64,000 nt of DNA, taken from assembly GCA_051362555.1 (NCBI GenBank), contig CM120644.1, positions 20,482,534 to 20,546,533 of the forward strand, read 5' to 3'. The notes under the pieces were generated by a model, which worked only from the letters and a program-made list of their open reading frames with translations, was not told the origin of the DNA and ran no database searches. Source of the stretch: Lingula anatina. Taxonomy: Eukaryota > Animalia > Brachiopoda. The first letter of the stretch is position 1; each line of letters begins with the position of its first letter. The position numbers and the translations under genes were made by a program. Shown here one piece after another: positions 1-12,965 of this stretch.

Positions 1-2
1 AA

Positions 3-800
3 GAGCATTCGAGTGAAACTTTAAGAGCGACCGGCAGTCTTAATACAAGCCTATCTGATTTTCAACAAGACTCACATACTCCATTAACACCTGTAGGGCA
101 CGTAAAAATGTCTAGTGAAGACGCCAAGCGGAAAAACGCGCGAGTTCGCGCCTCGAGCTTATCGGTGACGTTCGTAAATTCTTCGGCAAGCGCGCGATTT
201 CAGTGCATTAATAGGGGGCGAAGACGCACGTGGTCTGTAGACAAAATGTGCAAGGATTCTTTCAAGGAATATAAACCTGAAAATCGCGAGACTTATTCGA
301 TGGTGCAGTTTTCTTGCATTGAGCCTTTAGAGGAAATCAAGCGGCTGCCCACGCACATGACAAAAGAACCCAGCCTCACAAGCCTAAGTAGCTCCAGAAA
401 CAATGAGAGCAATGGCAAAAATGCTTCAATACTGCGGAAACATAAAAATGTGGCCGGGTGCTTTAAACGAATACGTTCTGACTCGTTAGCAGTACCACAA
501 ATGAGGACAAAACCCATCGGACCAAGGGGGGCCAAGATGCTCCTTATTGTGATGGTAGTATTCATTTCTTCCTGGATTCCCTTCTGGGTAATAAAGTTTG
601 CTGAAATGTTTTCACCTGACTTTGCCCATGATGGGCGGCACTGGATGCGGGCCCTGCAGCAACTGTGTTCACATTTCATTTACTTTAACAATGCCGTCAA
701 CCCAGTGCTGTATACTTTTATTCACGTGCGTTTTCGTTACGACTGTCACAGTTTCTTCCGGCGGTTGCAGAGAAATTTTAAAACGTCCAATGATATATAG
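3..800 (+). CDS. Rhodopsin-family (class A) GPCR, 3' part: long ICL3, TM6, TM7 and helix 8; 5' end lies outside the window
   Basis: Frame is open from base 3. TM6 AKMLLIVMVVFISSWIPFW has the FxxxWxP motif. TM7 HFIYFNNAVNPVLYTF has NPxxY and is followed by the FR helix-8 motif. Ligand family cannot be determined. Confidence 0.88.
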   Translation, partial: EHSSETLRATGSLNTSLSDFQQDSHTPLTPVGHVKMSSEDAKRKNARVRASSLSVTFVNSSASARFQCINRGRRRTWSVDKMCKDSFKEYKPENRETYSMVQFSCIEPLEEIKRLPTHMTKEPSLTSLSSSRNNESNGKNASILRKHKNVAGCFKRIRSDSLAVPQMRTKPIGPRGAKMLLIVMVVFISSWIPFWVIKFAEMFSPDFAHDGRHWMRALQQLCSHFIYFNNAVNPVLYTFIHVRFRYDCHSFFRRLQRNFKTSNDI

Positions 801-937
801 ACTGTAGATAGCCACATATAGTAAAATAGCTGTTTTAAATTCAGATAGCTACTGGGCGTCATACTGAACAATTATCAACCAAACAACAGGGCCTTTTTCT
901 CGGAAGAATTTCAGCTTAAAAGTTTATTATGACTTGA

Positions 938-940
<3 letters not shown>

Positions 941-1000
<60 letters not shown>
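941..1000. repeat. (AT)n microsatellite
   Basis: Perfect AT dinucleotide run of about 60 bp. Confidence 0.98.
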
Positions 1001-1006
<6 letters not shown>

Positions 1007-1149
1007 GGTCTACTTAAATTGAGGATGAATATATATTAACTTTCTACAATATTATTAGCTTCTAATATTCACGGCCTTTTTAGTAGATACCAAATTTTGA
1101 TTTTTTTTGTGTGTGAAATCAGCCAATCAGCGTAGGTCCTTGACAAAGC

Positions 1150-1435
1150 CTGCAGTCCACAATATTAACTGCTTCAGTATATGTATATATTTATACATAT
1201 AAATACATCAGTAGTTGCATTATATTGTACAAAATAATACTTCAGTGGCTACATAGAACTATACTTCAGTAGTTACATTGTACTATAAAACTTCAGTAGC
1301 TACAAAATATTTCAGGAGCTTCATACTAATATTTCATTAGTTTACACTTTTAAATACTTCAGTTGCTGCGCATGCATATTAATGCTTCAGCAGCTACATA
1401 CTAATAATTTAGTAGCTACTATAAATATTTCAGTT
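1150..1435 (+). repeat. Degenerate minisatellite (atacttcagtagctaca-like, ~20-27 bp units)
   Basis: Recurring (ac/gc)ttcagtagctaca variants. Confidence 0.7.
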
Positions 1436-2504
1436 TGTCAGAACGGTTTTATTTATGCAATTTACCTTTCTGTATTCTGTAGTATTTATACTTTAAATGC
1501 TATGGTTTAAAGCAAGAATATACATCCACTTACCTGGAAAACTGAAACAGACCTTATTATCAAAAGTAGCCCAAATATGGGCATTGTATTATATTAGAAA
1601 TGAAATAATACGTGGATCTTCCCTAGAACTTGGTATACTGCAAAATCAAACTATGCTAGCTATAATTTGTATCTTTTATCACGAAAGGTTAATCTATAAG
1701 TGTGACTATGAACTTCCATTTCTAGTCAATTTTTCGAATTGCCATGATGCTTATATCATATTATTTCAAATTGGTGGTGATTATTCTTTTCATGAGAATT
1801 GTGGAAATTCCTGTTTTGAGCACTACTGTCAAAATAACGATTTAGAGAAAAGTATGTACCTTATTTTTCTCAAACTTACAGAAATGATTCTTTAGACTGA
1901 AATGCAGCGTTTATTGGAAAACCACCCTGATTGGATTCTTTTTTTTCTACGAAATGCATATTGGCATTTCAGCACGGGACTTAAAACCCTTACGGACATG
2001 AAGCCGTATGGTTGTTACATTTTCTGAGTATTCATGTCCAGTGTATGATAAGTTGATAATTAAAAATTGGTGGTGATTATGCTGTTAATCACGAACCTTG
2101 GTAAGACGTTTAACTGCATCCACGGGGCATCCTTGTACATGTACATGTGTAGCACCCCGGAAGCTCCCCGTGTCAAGATAACGGTGAAGCCAATAGCAGC
2201 AGAATGGTAGCTTTTTGTGGTGCAACTATGTCTAGGGCTCCTGCAAGCGCGTATGTCTGGCAATTTGCAGTCCTACTGCTCCATACTCAGCAAAGATTCT
2301 CTCTCCTAGTCAGCTGGAGTCTGCAAGCTGGGAAAGGAATAGGGGACCCCTACCCAGTTTCTTTCATCTCCCTCCCTAAGGAAGGTGCTATTTCCTCGAC
2401 TACCCCCTTGCAAGTGTCCTTATGGGATGGCAGGTCGGCACCGACCCAACTGTCCTTATTATTAATGCTGCTGTTTATCACTTTGTAACATTGCATCGAA
2501 ATTG

Positions 2505-2546
2505 ACAAAAAAATAAAATAAAATAAATAAATAAAAATAATAATAA

Positions 2547-2577
<31 letters not shown>

Positions 2578-2579
2578 AT
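2505..2579. repeat. (TAAA)n/(TAA)n simple repeat
   Basis: Seen directly. Confidence 0.9.
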
Positions 2580-2966
2580 TTCTTTTCTTCCACCGCAAAT
2601 TCTACGGAAAATCATGTTAATTCTTATGAATTTCTAATTTGTAAGAATTATTCCTACGATTAACATACAGCTCAAACTGGAAAACCGCAGTTGATTCAAT
2701 TATTTATCATGAATTTTTTCTGTAATTCTCAATTTTCTCATTCTGGTATCGTTAATGTGTGAATTTGAACTCTCGTGGGGCTGATGCCTTGTGCCATTTA
2801 CATCTTCTTAATGTCCGTGTTACTTTATAAGCATGATTAAAATTAGGTGTTGATTTTGCTTTTGAGCATTATGAAGTATAGTCGCAAATTTGACAAAAAT
2901 CTTACTTTGTGCACTACCACCATAAGCAGCATGTACATGATTGATTTTTAGGCTTTGAATACAGCC

Positions 2967-3119
2967 TGTGTGGGGAAATAACCCTGATAAATTTCTTTTT
3001 CATGAAGTTTTATGTGAAATGTTCATTTTTCACATATGAAGATGTGTGGGGAAATAACCCTGATAAATTTCTTTTTCATGAAGTTTTATGTGAAATGTTC
3101 ATTTTTCACATATGAAGAT
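2967..3119 (+). repeat. Perfect 76-bp tandem duplication
   Basis: tgtgtggggaaataaccc...catatgaaga starts at 2967 and again at 3043. Confidence 0.92.
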
Positions 3120-3894
3120 TTTCAGTGTGTAAATTTAAAATTTAATGGGCCTAAGGCTAAGTGCTTATTCTTAATGTCCGTATTACCTGTTGTACTGTTA
3201 AATATTATGTAATTGAAATTGAAAAAAAAACTTTTTGTGCATTATTATTTTCTGATTCTTGCTGTACATTTGACCAATTTGCTGCCGTGTTTTAATTTCT
3301 ATTGAAGAAATCTCATAAGGCTTACTCCATAGTTTAGTTTTCCTTTCTATCACCCCGATTAAACCTGTATGCAGATTTTATAAAAGAAACGCATTCGCTT
3401 CCCAGACTCTGATCTTTTCTTGATTAATTAAATAATATAACCATCACCACCAACAACAACTTACAATATATTTAAAAACAATAGTGAAAAACAATTATAA
3501 TCGCGGTTGAATAACAAGGCACCATTTTCTGAAGTAAACATACAGAATATTGATAATATTTTGCTCTCGAATAAAATACAGCACTTCAAAATAAGTTTCG
3601 ATTAGCTGTTCATCGTGGTTTAAAAATATTTTATACAAACAGAAAAAAGAAAAGGTACAATCAATGTGGTGAAGACTGTTCACGTCAGTTAATATCCGCA
3701 CTGAAACCCATAAAAATCCTTTATGCTCTTGCATCAAAAACGGACAAAAAAGATAAAATGAACCATCATTTACAGATGTCGCAAAACATACTTAGTCGTT
3801 GGGTTTGCAAAAAGAGAAGAAATGATAATTGTAATTTTGTACAACTTTGCAAATTTGTTCATGTATCTTCAATAAACGTCATTTACATTTATGC

Positions 3895-4020
3895 GTGTAC
3901 ACACGTGTGTATGCTTGTTGTGTGTGCATATGCATGTTGTATGTGCGTGTGGGTGTGTATGTATGCCTGTGTGTAAGGATACGTGTTGTGTATGTGTGTG
4001 TGTGTGCGCGTATGTGCTTG
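3895..4020. repeat. Degenerate (TG)n repeat
   Basis: TG-rich alternating tract. Confidence 0.85.
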
Positions 4021-4339
4021 ATTATGCACTTTCAGCTTATTTCATGTTTTAGTAAGTTAAGACGGGAGTAACTGTTTGGATCTGGGTCAGTATTTACTAA
4101 TACAGTGATACTGCCATCACGGCTTTGAATTCTTAACAGAAAGAAAAGGTTATACTGGCCTAATTTAGTATATAATTTGTTAAAGCTATATCTAATTGAA
4201 TTCCATCATAATGGTAATAAGTTAAAATTGCACGGTCACGGAAAGGAATTATCTTTTAATCATCCTTTCCAACTGAAGAAGCCATTCTGCTCAGCAAATA
4301 TCCTATTTAAACATTTTGTTCTTGCATATTTAGTTCTTC

Positions 4340-4585
4340 GCTTTGTGGCACAAAAGTTATTATCGATAAGGTTTCCCGAAGGAAATCGTATATTAAAGAC
4401 GCATTTTGGCCCACTGCAATTCCTGTGAATCTCTGTGCCATAAGTATATGGATGACACAACAGTCTCTGAGATCCTTTGACAATTTCATGAAAGCAATTC
4501 ATGCAGAAAATTGCTGGCACAACATGGGACTGTTCTAGGACAGGTAATATGCGATTAAATATGCGAAATAACAAAGCAAATGGCC
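4340..4585 (+). pseudogene. Decayed non-LTR retrotransposon RT fragment (CR1/L2-group-like)
   Basis: Across frameshifts the motifs appear in order: RFPEG...FGPLQFL (GVPQG..LGP-like), KYMDDTTVSEIL (YxDD, 4442-4477), then MQ...CSRTGNMRLN (WS..N.M.LN-like). Confidence 0.55.
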
Positions 4586-4611
4586 ATATCATTTAAACGC
4601 AAGAATGTAGA

Positions 4612-4708
4612 TATATTCTTTTAATGCAAATATATTCTTTTAATATATTCTTTTAATGTATTTCTTTTAATATAGTCTTTTAATGTAAATATATTCTTTT
4701 AATATTCA
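4612..4708 (+). repeat. Short AT-rich tandem repeat (atattcttttaat, about 6 copies)
   Basis: Seen directly. Confidence 0.8.
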
Positions 4709-6281
4709 TTAGTTACTTCTTCAACTATGATACAAAGAATCCATTTATCCAACCCTCGGGTTGCAAATTTAATAATAATAATATTAATACTTTATAATAT
4801 AATATAATGTGATATTAAAATACAATGTTATTTTTTTATCATCATATCCTTGCTGGTATTCACAGGTAGGTTGAAATAAACCCGTTTTTCAAAAAGAATG
4901 TTCTTTGATAAATGCTTTTATACTTTAGAAGAATATGAATATATGGATTGTATTTAACATATTATTGCCTGCTTCACGAGAATAAAATAAATAAAAGACC
5001 CTTTATTTTAGGGGAATTTACTTGCTGTGAAATTCATTTAGCGTTTGCTTAGAAGGTAAAATTGAAACTGAATTAAACTTTCATTTAAAAACATTGATCA
5101 TTGATATGCGTGTAGGGCACACATATTTATTAACAAACAGAATGTGCGGCGGTTTCCGACGAAAATTTCCCGCTAATTGAAAATATCCAGTACCAGTACT
5201 TGCAATAATATATTAGCTGTATTCCTTACTGTATTCCATTTTAGACGAACACAACGAGGATCAGTGCTACCAAACCCAAAGAGGATATTTTGCAAACAGA
5301 TTGCATTAAACAACATGAATAAATGCAAAGCTTTTTACTCTTAGAAGTTTTCTGCTGTGTCTTTCCTACACGGTATCTGATTAAAGACCTAATTGGCCAT
5401 TAATCTGATAAACATGTCATCGTTCAATTTACGTGATCAGGAGGTCTCGTCATAGTCAGGGATAATTGCAAAGACATGAGCTCGAGTTTGGGTATGACAC
5501 ATCTGTGTCTGTACATAAAAACTTTTTACTACAGTAGAGTTAATAACGACATTTTACAAAGTAGTTGTTTTGAATAATTGAGTGAGGTATAGTAATTCAC
5601 GTCAAAATATTTCATTTTTTGTACATTTACATTGTTTATTGGCCCACAAAGAATAAATATGACAATTAGGTTGTTTTCTTACAAACCAAGTTACATTTTA
5701 TGTGAAGATTATAGTTTCTTTGCATTTCCTCACTTTCTACCCAGGTAAATGTAATATTGACATGCTCAAAATTGCAGGTTATGACTTTCAACATGTTGAA
5801 TGCCTTCAACTTGGCCATCAACCAGCTGGTCAGGGGTGACCTTAAGGGGCTAGATGGATTGGGAGATGGCGTGGAAGACAACACTAGCATGCACTATGCA
5901 GCATGGGCCATAACTGTTTTATAGCCTGGCTGGTCAAGTGAAATATCTTATCATATGAGTATTACAAGTCACCTCTTCTTTGAAAAATATTGTATGTATT
6001 CACCTTACACAGCCAAAAAGGATAACTTTCAACCATATCAGATTCAGTAAGAAATTATTACTAATTAGTTTATCTGTAATACCTTTATAACTGTACAATG
6101 TTAATTATCACCAAGATTTATATCAATGTGGGCTATTATATTAAGTAGTGTGTTTATTATATGTTACAAGGGTAACGGAATATGCCAGTATAGCTATTTG
6201 ATCAGTGTAAAGTGTAATATGTTATGCATATGATGATGAATGTTACAAATTCACCTTTTCTTTGAAATATATCAATAAGAA

Positions 6282-6402
6282 CCCATGCAGTAGGCATAGT
6301 GACATTGGATCAATGTTGAAAACAGGTTGAGGCATTGATCTACAATGATTAAATTCAATGTTGAATCAATGTTGATCCAGCCACATCAAAATGCCATCAT
6401 AA
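6282..6402 (+). mobile_element. 5' part of a CCCAGCAGGCA-family non-autonomous element, interrupted at 6402 and resuming at 19118
   Basis: Matches 19701-19820 and 21124-21246. The intact copy at 21239 reads gtcataatgtgac; here cat-aa ends at 6402 and aa-tgtgac resumes at 19118. Confidence 0.8.
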
Positions 6403-7290
6403 CCCTAAGCAAAATTTGAAGCGTCCCGCACACTGTTTCTGCATATGCGAAGTACACCTCATACTGTATGTATGGTAAAATATTTACCTCCTACACACTC
6501 CTTGCACATCTCCCGCACACTTCCTGCACACCCCCAACACCACAACCAGCACACTTCTTGCATACCTCCGGCATACTTCTTGCACACCTCCTGGGTACTT
6601 TTTGCACACCTCCTATGCACTTTTTGCATACCTTCTTGCACGCTTCCTGCTCACTAATTTAAATATTTTATAACACAATTTAAATTTTACTCACTCGTTT
6701 TTCAATCAGTTTATATTAATTCTACAAAGACAGGTTTTGAGTTAAATTTGAAGACGTGTCAACATCTTAAAATTTTATTAGGCACATTAAAAAAGTTAAA
6801 ATTATCCTTTAGAAGCTGTACTGTCATTAAACAGAAATATTGTTAAATCTGTTAATCAACAACAAACAAGAAATTACAGTAATATATTGTGGTTTATTAA
6901 TCAATTTAAAAAGATCGAACAAAATCAGCAAAATCCAAGCCATATTTCTCTTCTTTACTCATCCTGTCCTGGTCCGTGCATCTAAAAAAAGAGTATACCA
7001 TAAAGTCCTACAAATTCACCACACTGTGCACAATGCTAAACATCCAAATCTTAAACATCCACGTGGAGGACAAAAAGCATCGTTCATTTCAATATACACA
7101 TTACTGTTTGATAGCTTGAAAGCTGTCAAATGTACAGACAAAAAACCAGAAAATAAAAATGCAAAAAATAGGACACTGTCAGTTCTGATGCACTGATGTA
7201 TTATCCTTACTGTAACTACATAGCCAACATCAAATTCTAATTCTGCATAACAGTGGATTAGGATCAGAGTAAAATGTGTAACAAGCATTG

Positions 7291-7508
7291 GACTGAGTTC
7301 CCATACCTAGATCAATCTGACAGGATCAATCCAACTCCAAGGGGTTTCTCACTAAATTGCTTTCAGCTTAAGTGGCTTAGGATTCTGGCATGCCAGTTTC
7401 AGTAGGCATGACAGACAGCTAAGCCACTTACATTGATTGCATTTAGTGAGAATTCCCTTGGAGATAGATCGATCCACAGTTAGCGTGATAGGGTCTGGAA
7501 ATGGTCCC
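7291..7508. mobile_element. Degenerate ~215-bp PIF/Harbinger-type MITE (family A)
   Basis: Similar to the copies at 17428, 22178, 25257 and 26096 (ttccca...gatc...gatcgatc...gaatgg termini). Confidence 0.7.
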
Positions 7509-8651
7509 TAAGGCTTTAGGCTGATAAGAGTTAAAGTTCATATTTAGGAAATGCCAGAATGAGATAAAGCGAAAATTTCACAAAATTGCTTAAACTAAAA
7601 AAAAAAATTATATATATATATATATAATTTAATAGAGCCGTTTTTCTAATTTGGGCTGTATGTCAATCCTAAGAATCATTCTTGTAAGTTAAAAAAATAC
7701 AGAAAATGTTACAAAGTAACAGTACAGGGCTCCTGGTGGATGGGAGTGATGAGTCATATCTTGAAAATGCCAGTTTGAAAAAATGAAAAATTAAAAAAGA
7801 AAAAATTACAAAAATATTCCACTAAAGCTGCCATTCAGTCTAGCTGCATTACCATGATATGAATCATCCAACTTGCTGATTTTCAAAAGTTGGTATATCT
7901 CTTTTAATGAAGTATAGTATACTTTCATTTTAAAACATATGGGTAAAGTACACTTGTTTTAATTTTATAAAGGTTAAATGTAGACTGCCTATTAATCCAA
8001 TATGGCCACTCTATCCAAGATGGCAGCCAAAATTTGACCAATTTTGCAATTTAATCCCTTTTCTTTACGTCAGAATTTCTTTCAATCTTCTAGAAGCAAA
8101 ATTTCATCAAACATAGATGCTCTACCCTAACTTCCTGCATTTTTTACTATCTATATACAGAATGAAGGCTTTATGCTTGTAGAAATACCCAAAATGGCCA
8201 CCATAAATCCCTTATCATTACCCTCATATGAAACAAAGTCACGTATATCTCATAAAAAGTTGAAATATCTCCTTTGATGAAGTACATTTCATTTTTATTT
8301 TACAATATATGGGTATATGAGAATTTGTTCACTTTTTGCAGATAAATTTAAGATGGCATGTTTATTCACAGTCAATTATTTACAAGTTTTTTCACATTCA
8401 TATGTATGTTCTTGGACTATTGTATTTTATAGCATAACAACTATGTTGTCAAAGTACATGTCTAGAATAACATCATTATCTATTTATTTGTTTATCAAAA
8501 AGAAGCTCGAAGGTTTTGTACAATAATAATTCCAATTCCAAGCAAATTTCATTTCTTGGAATCAAAGGTAAACTCATATTTTATTGAAACTTCAAACAAC
8601 ATTTATTGAACTATGCAATAGATACTTTTCATTTATTAATTGGTGTTTTAG

Positions 8652-9066
8652 TTACCTCCGCCAAGGAGGTTATGTTTTCACCCCTGTTTTTTGTTTGTTT
8701 CTTTGTTTGTTTGTCATCAACATGACTCAAAAAGTTATGAATGAATTGTGATGGAATTTTCAGGGTAGGTCAGAAATGGGTTAACTTAGAAGTGTTTAGT
8801 TTTTGGTGGTGATCTGGATCAATAATCAATCAATAATGAAAAATAAAAAAAAATTAAGTTCTGGGCTGATTTTGATGAAATTTTCAGGAGCTGTCAGAAG
8901 TGGGCCAAGGAACAGATGATTAGTTTTTGGTGGTGATCCGGATCAATAATCAATCAATAGTAAAAAACTAAATCATTATAGAATGAAAATATAGGAGTGA
9001 AACGGTATTGGGTGGAGACCTTGCTGCCTTGGCGGAGGTCTGCGCTCTCGGAGTGCTTTTCTAGTT
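8652..9066 (+). mobile_element. Non-autonomous Helentron (DINE/HINE-like) element
   Basis: Sub-terminal inverted repeat acctccgccaagg (8654) / ccttggcggaggt (9027), (TTTG)n microsatellite, two internal core repeats, and a 3' hairpin gcgctctcggagtgc followed by ttttctagtt. Confidence 0.82.
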
Positions 9067-10710
9067 GCAATTAATTTTTGGGAATACAGATGGTGGAAAC
9101 AACTATGCATTTTGCTGTTTAGCAGTTTATTATGTCCCACATCATTAAGTTTAGTATGCAAAATTTTATTGCTGCTAATTTGCAGAACTAATATTACAGC
9201 AAATTCGAAGGAAGGAATTGCAATTTGCAGCAATATTGCAGCAAATTTGCAACTGGCCTGATATTTTGGTAAGGGTAAAGCTCATAAAGTATAGAAATGA
9301 AGAGCATCATCAGTTGGGAGGAGAAACCTAAGATCTGCTTTGCAAGAAGCAAATATGCAGGGCCTTTGGTCATATCTAAAGACCCAAAAATCCATATAGC
9401 TGTACAAAAATCATGTGCGCCTCTTCCACAATACCATGTAACTGTAAGGTGGTGACATTCCCCTCCATGCTGGAAAATATTATAAAATGCCAAGCATTTG
9501 CACTTCCCATGCTTCTAAGGAGAGTTGATGAAACTACGCCCAAGTAAGCTCATAAACTGTACTCAAACCACATCCATGTGGACCATAAGTGCTTCATGTA
9601 AGACAAAGATCAATGTGTAAATTGGAAGAAACCCTCCAATTTTTGCAACCTGCAGTGACCTATGTGTATGGCTAGTTTCTGAGGAATATACCCATGATCT
9701 CTTTACCAATATGCTTAACGAAATACCCAAGTTCTAAATGCTCCAAGTCTCCAATCCACTGTAACACCATGTTTCCTCAGGAGGAATCTGAGACGCGTCG
9801 GATCCTTTAGTTTCCACTCTCCTTTGGGAAAAGAAAATCTGATCACCAAGCACAAAAAGATTTTTCACCCATGGGCAATGTACTGAAGGAACCATAACAT
9901 AAGGTTCTCGAGATGTATTATTTGGACACGTGGATCTTGTCCCTGTATCTACTATGCTGATTTGAACTGGTGAAACCTGTAGAACATATTGTATCCTTAC
10001 AAGGCAGCAGGATGGTGGAGGATTTATAATGTTAAGAGATGGACACACATGACCACAGATTGTCCTTGGTTGTTTTTCTATGACCCTTTAACAGTGCTAG
10101 ATATAGGGAAAAGGTATTGTTCAATGTAGTGTCCCTACATATTCAGGTTGTACATCTAATAGCAACTCATTTTTATGGACAAAAAAGGCATGCCCCCCAA
10201 GAGAACTATAAAGCTGCTAACAACATGGTTAGTTTGGTATGGCCATCAGCTTCTCCAAGCCTTATTCCAAAAGATACCTGTCAGGACAGCATCCGGAGGT
10301 GTAGAAATATGTTATAGTTGGAGAGAACTTGGCATGAATGATGGATGAACATTCCACATTTTTTTTTAATTTGTGAGCCAAAAAATTCATACAAGAAAAA
10401 AATTCAATCAATTATTCCTTCATTAGATAGGTGTTTTATATTTAAAAAATCTGTTTGTAATCCTGTTTTACCTCTGAAATCAAGTTTTCAAGGTCCACAT
10501 CATCTAAATAGGCCCAACTTAATATTAATTGTTAAGTTAAAAGTAATGTTCCATGGCAACATTATAGTAACATACATGCCTGTCGTGTCCGATATCAAGA
10601 TAAAAAAGATATTTTATGAGGTCACATGATGTAACCTCTTGTGGTCCAACAGCTCTTGAGTTTTGTGGCCGCCTCTTTGTATTATGCTCATGTGAAGAAT
10701 TTAACTATAC

Positions 10711-10879
10711 CAGGCCCGTAGCCTGGTAGTTCGGGGGGTTCGAAAGAACCACCCTTTTTGCTAGGAAAAGGTCCACTCTGGGTAAAATTTGACCTATGTA
10801 CTTGAGGATTTTATGGTAAAAGGTCCATTTTTTTTTCAGAAAACGAACACCCTCTCTGAAATTGCTGGCTACGGGCCTG
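10711..10879. mobile_element. 169-bp MITE with CAGG termini and 5-bp TSD (hAT5-like)
   Basis: TIR caggcccgtagcc / ggctacgggcctg, flanked by tatac on both sides. Confidence 0.8.
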
Positions 10880-11990
10880 TATACAATTATAAGCAATTAA
10901 TGTTTAGATCCACATAAAATAAGAAATTAGTATATAAGCGATGAGAATTGATACCTTTGGGATAGAAAGGAGAGGAGGTTGGGAAAGATGGAGCAGATGT
11001 ATTTTCAAGAAGTTAGGAGTTGGAGACTTAGAAACGCCAACGAATAAATCGTTTAACTGGTCATTATGTGGACTTGGGGTTTTCTTTGTACGACCCTATG
11101 TAAATCTGACATGAAGCGTGAAATCTTTAGATTGCATCATCCACTAAGTTGGTCGAAATCGTAATGTCCTATTTCAAGCCCACACTTAAATTAAGCATCC
11201 TAAATTTTAAAAGTTTATGACATTCACTCCATATATATAAAAAAAGTTTATTACATGCCATCTTGAAATGACAAGTTTTGGATGTCATCTCTAAAATCTA
11301 TATCACTGCCACCCGAAAATATACTTCATTAAATAAGAGATTGCAACTATCAGTAAAGTACACATGGTACCCTTGATTTGTAATGGTAAGGGGTATAAGG
11401 CAGCCACATTGGATTTTTCTCTAATGAAAAAGGCCTAATCATATTCTTTACAGATATGAAATTGTAGGAAATATTTAAGAGAATTTATATTTCTTGAAAT
11501 ATTGCATTTTACCATGGTTGAAATAATTCTTGATTATATAACATGTGCCTCAGTTGCGAAAATTGTTAAAATAATGGCAGCCATCTTGGATAAAGAAGCC
11601 ATATTGAAAAAAGATATGGTCTTAGCTTTACCTTTAAAAATAAACAATTGTCCTTTACCAATAAACTGCAAAGAAAACATGAAATATACTTCATTAAAGA
11701 AGATATTTGATCTTGCAAATAAAGTGTATATAAGTGGTTTTCTTCAGATTTAATTCTTAGGCATGTTAACAGTCTCAATATGGAACTAATTAGATATGTA
11801 AAAGTGTTGTTTTGACATTTTCTGCTGCTTAACAATATTGTTAGTTGATTATATAAAAATGATGGTAAACCTATTATCGTGCATTGTGTAATAAAGTATC
11901 AAAAATGGAAAGGAACTCATCATTGCAGTTCGTCAGATTCAATCATTCACTATGTTCAGAATCTCCAAATGGAGCAAATTGTGACATTTA

Positions 11991-12965
11991 GGCCACACTT
12001 TTTTATTTTTATGGATGACATCCTCTGGGTACCCCAAAATCGGTGCGAGAGGGCGAAAAAAAAAAAAACGGTCCAAAAAAAAAAAAATACTGCTTAAGTA
12101 AAGGAATGCTGTCAGTACACAGCTGGAAACACAAATTTTACCACAGAAACACGTATCAAACTAACAATATGTCTTTATCCATGCTCTCAAAATATTAAAG
12201 CATTGTGAATACTTCGTAGAAATGTACAAAAAAAGTCATGAATAGATATACTTTTTATTACAAAATCTATTAAGGTTATTTCATGCATTTTGTTGGTATA
12301 GCAATCAATAAAACAAATATCAAACAAACAGTGTGTCTTTATTCGTATTCTCAGAATATTAAAGCATTTTGAACACTTCACAGAAATGTTTAAAAAAATG
12401 ATGCAAAGATATGCTTAATACTACCAAATCTATTAAAGGTCATTTCGGACGATGCCATTTTGTCTACTTCGACTCACACGGCCAAACTGTCAGGTGGCCT
12501 GTCTGATCTTCAGCCCACCAAATACCTCGACGCCCTTGTCGACCCTTTTTTCGCTACCTGGTAGCCTTTGTGCTGCTTTGTACAGAATGTCACTGAAATT
12601 TTTCGGGCGATAATCGCTGGCGGCCGCCAGCCTTTCGCACGATTGTAAAAAGATGATATCTCCATGCCCAATATCAATGGCATACCAATCCAAAACGACG
12701 GCACCCGTTCTCTTTATGACTTTAATTGTCGTGTAATTTGAAAGTTATCCTAGAGATGAATTTGACGGCAAAGCGGCCACATTTCCACGTGGCGATAATA
12801 CGCATGCGCAGAAAGCTCATTTCCTGGCAAATTCACTAAGGACGTTTGCGCCAACCGACTTCGTTGGGGGCTGGGGGGGGGGGATTTTTTTTTTTTTTTT
12901 TCGGATAACGGGCGAAAATCGGTGCGCGCGCAGGATGTCATCCATAAAATTAAATAAGTGTGGCC
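11991..12965 (-). mobile_element. ~975-bp non-autonomous PIF/Harbinger-like element (family B), copy 1
   Basis: About 30-bp TIR ggccacactt...atggatgacatcc with TSD TTA. A near-identical inverted copy lies at 40218-41203. Confidence 0.9.

Noticed and set aside
1497-1895. 132-aa ORF, faintly like a LINE ORF2 C-terminus
   Set aside because: Motifs too degraded to support a call.
2013-2490. Possible solo LTR (tgttaca...tgtaaca, less AT-rich)
   Set aside because: No TSD and no second copy in the window.
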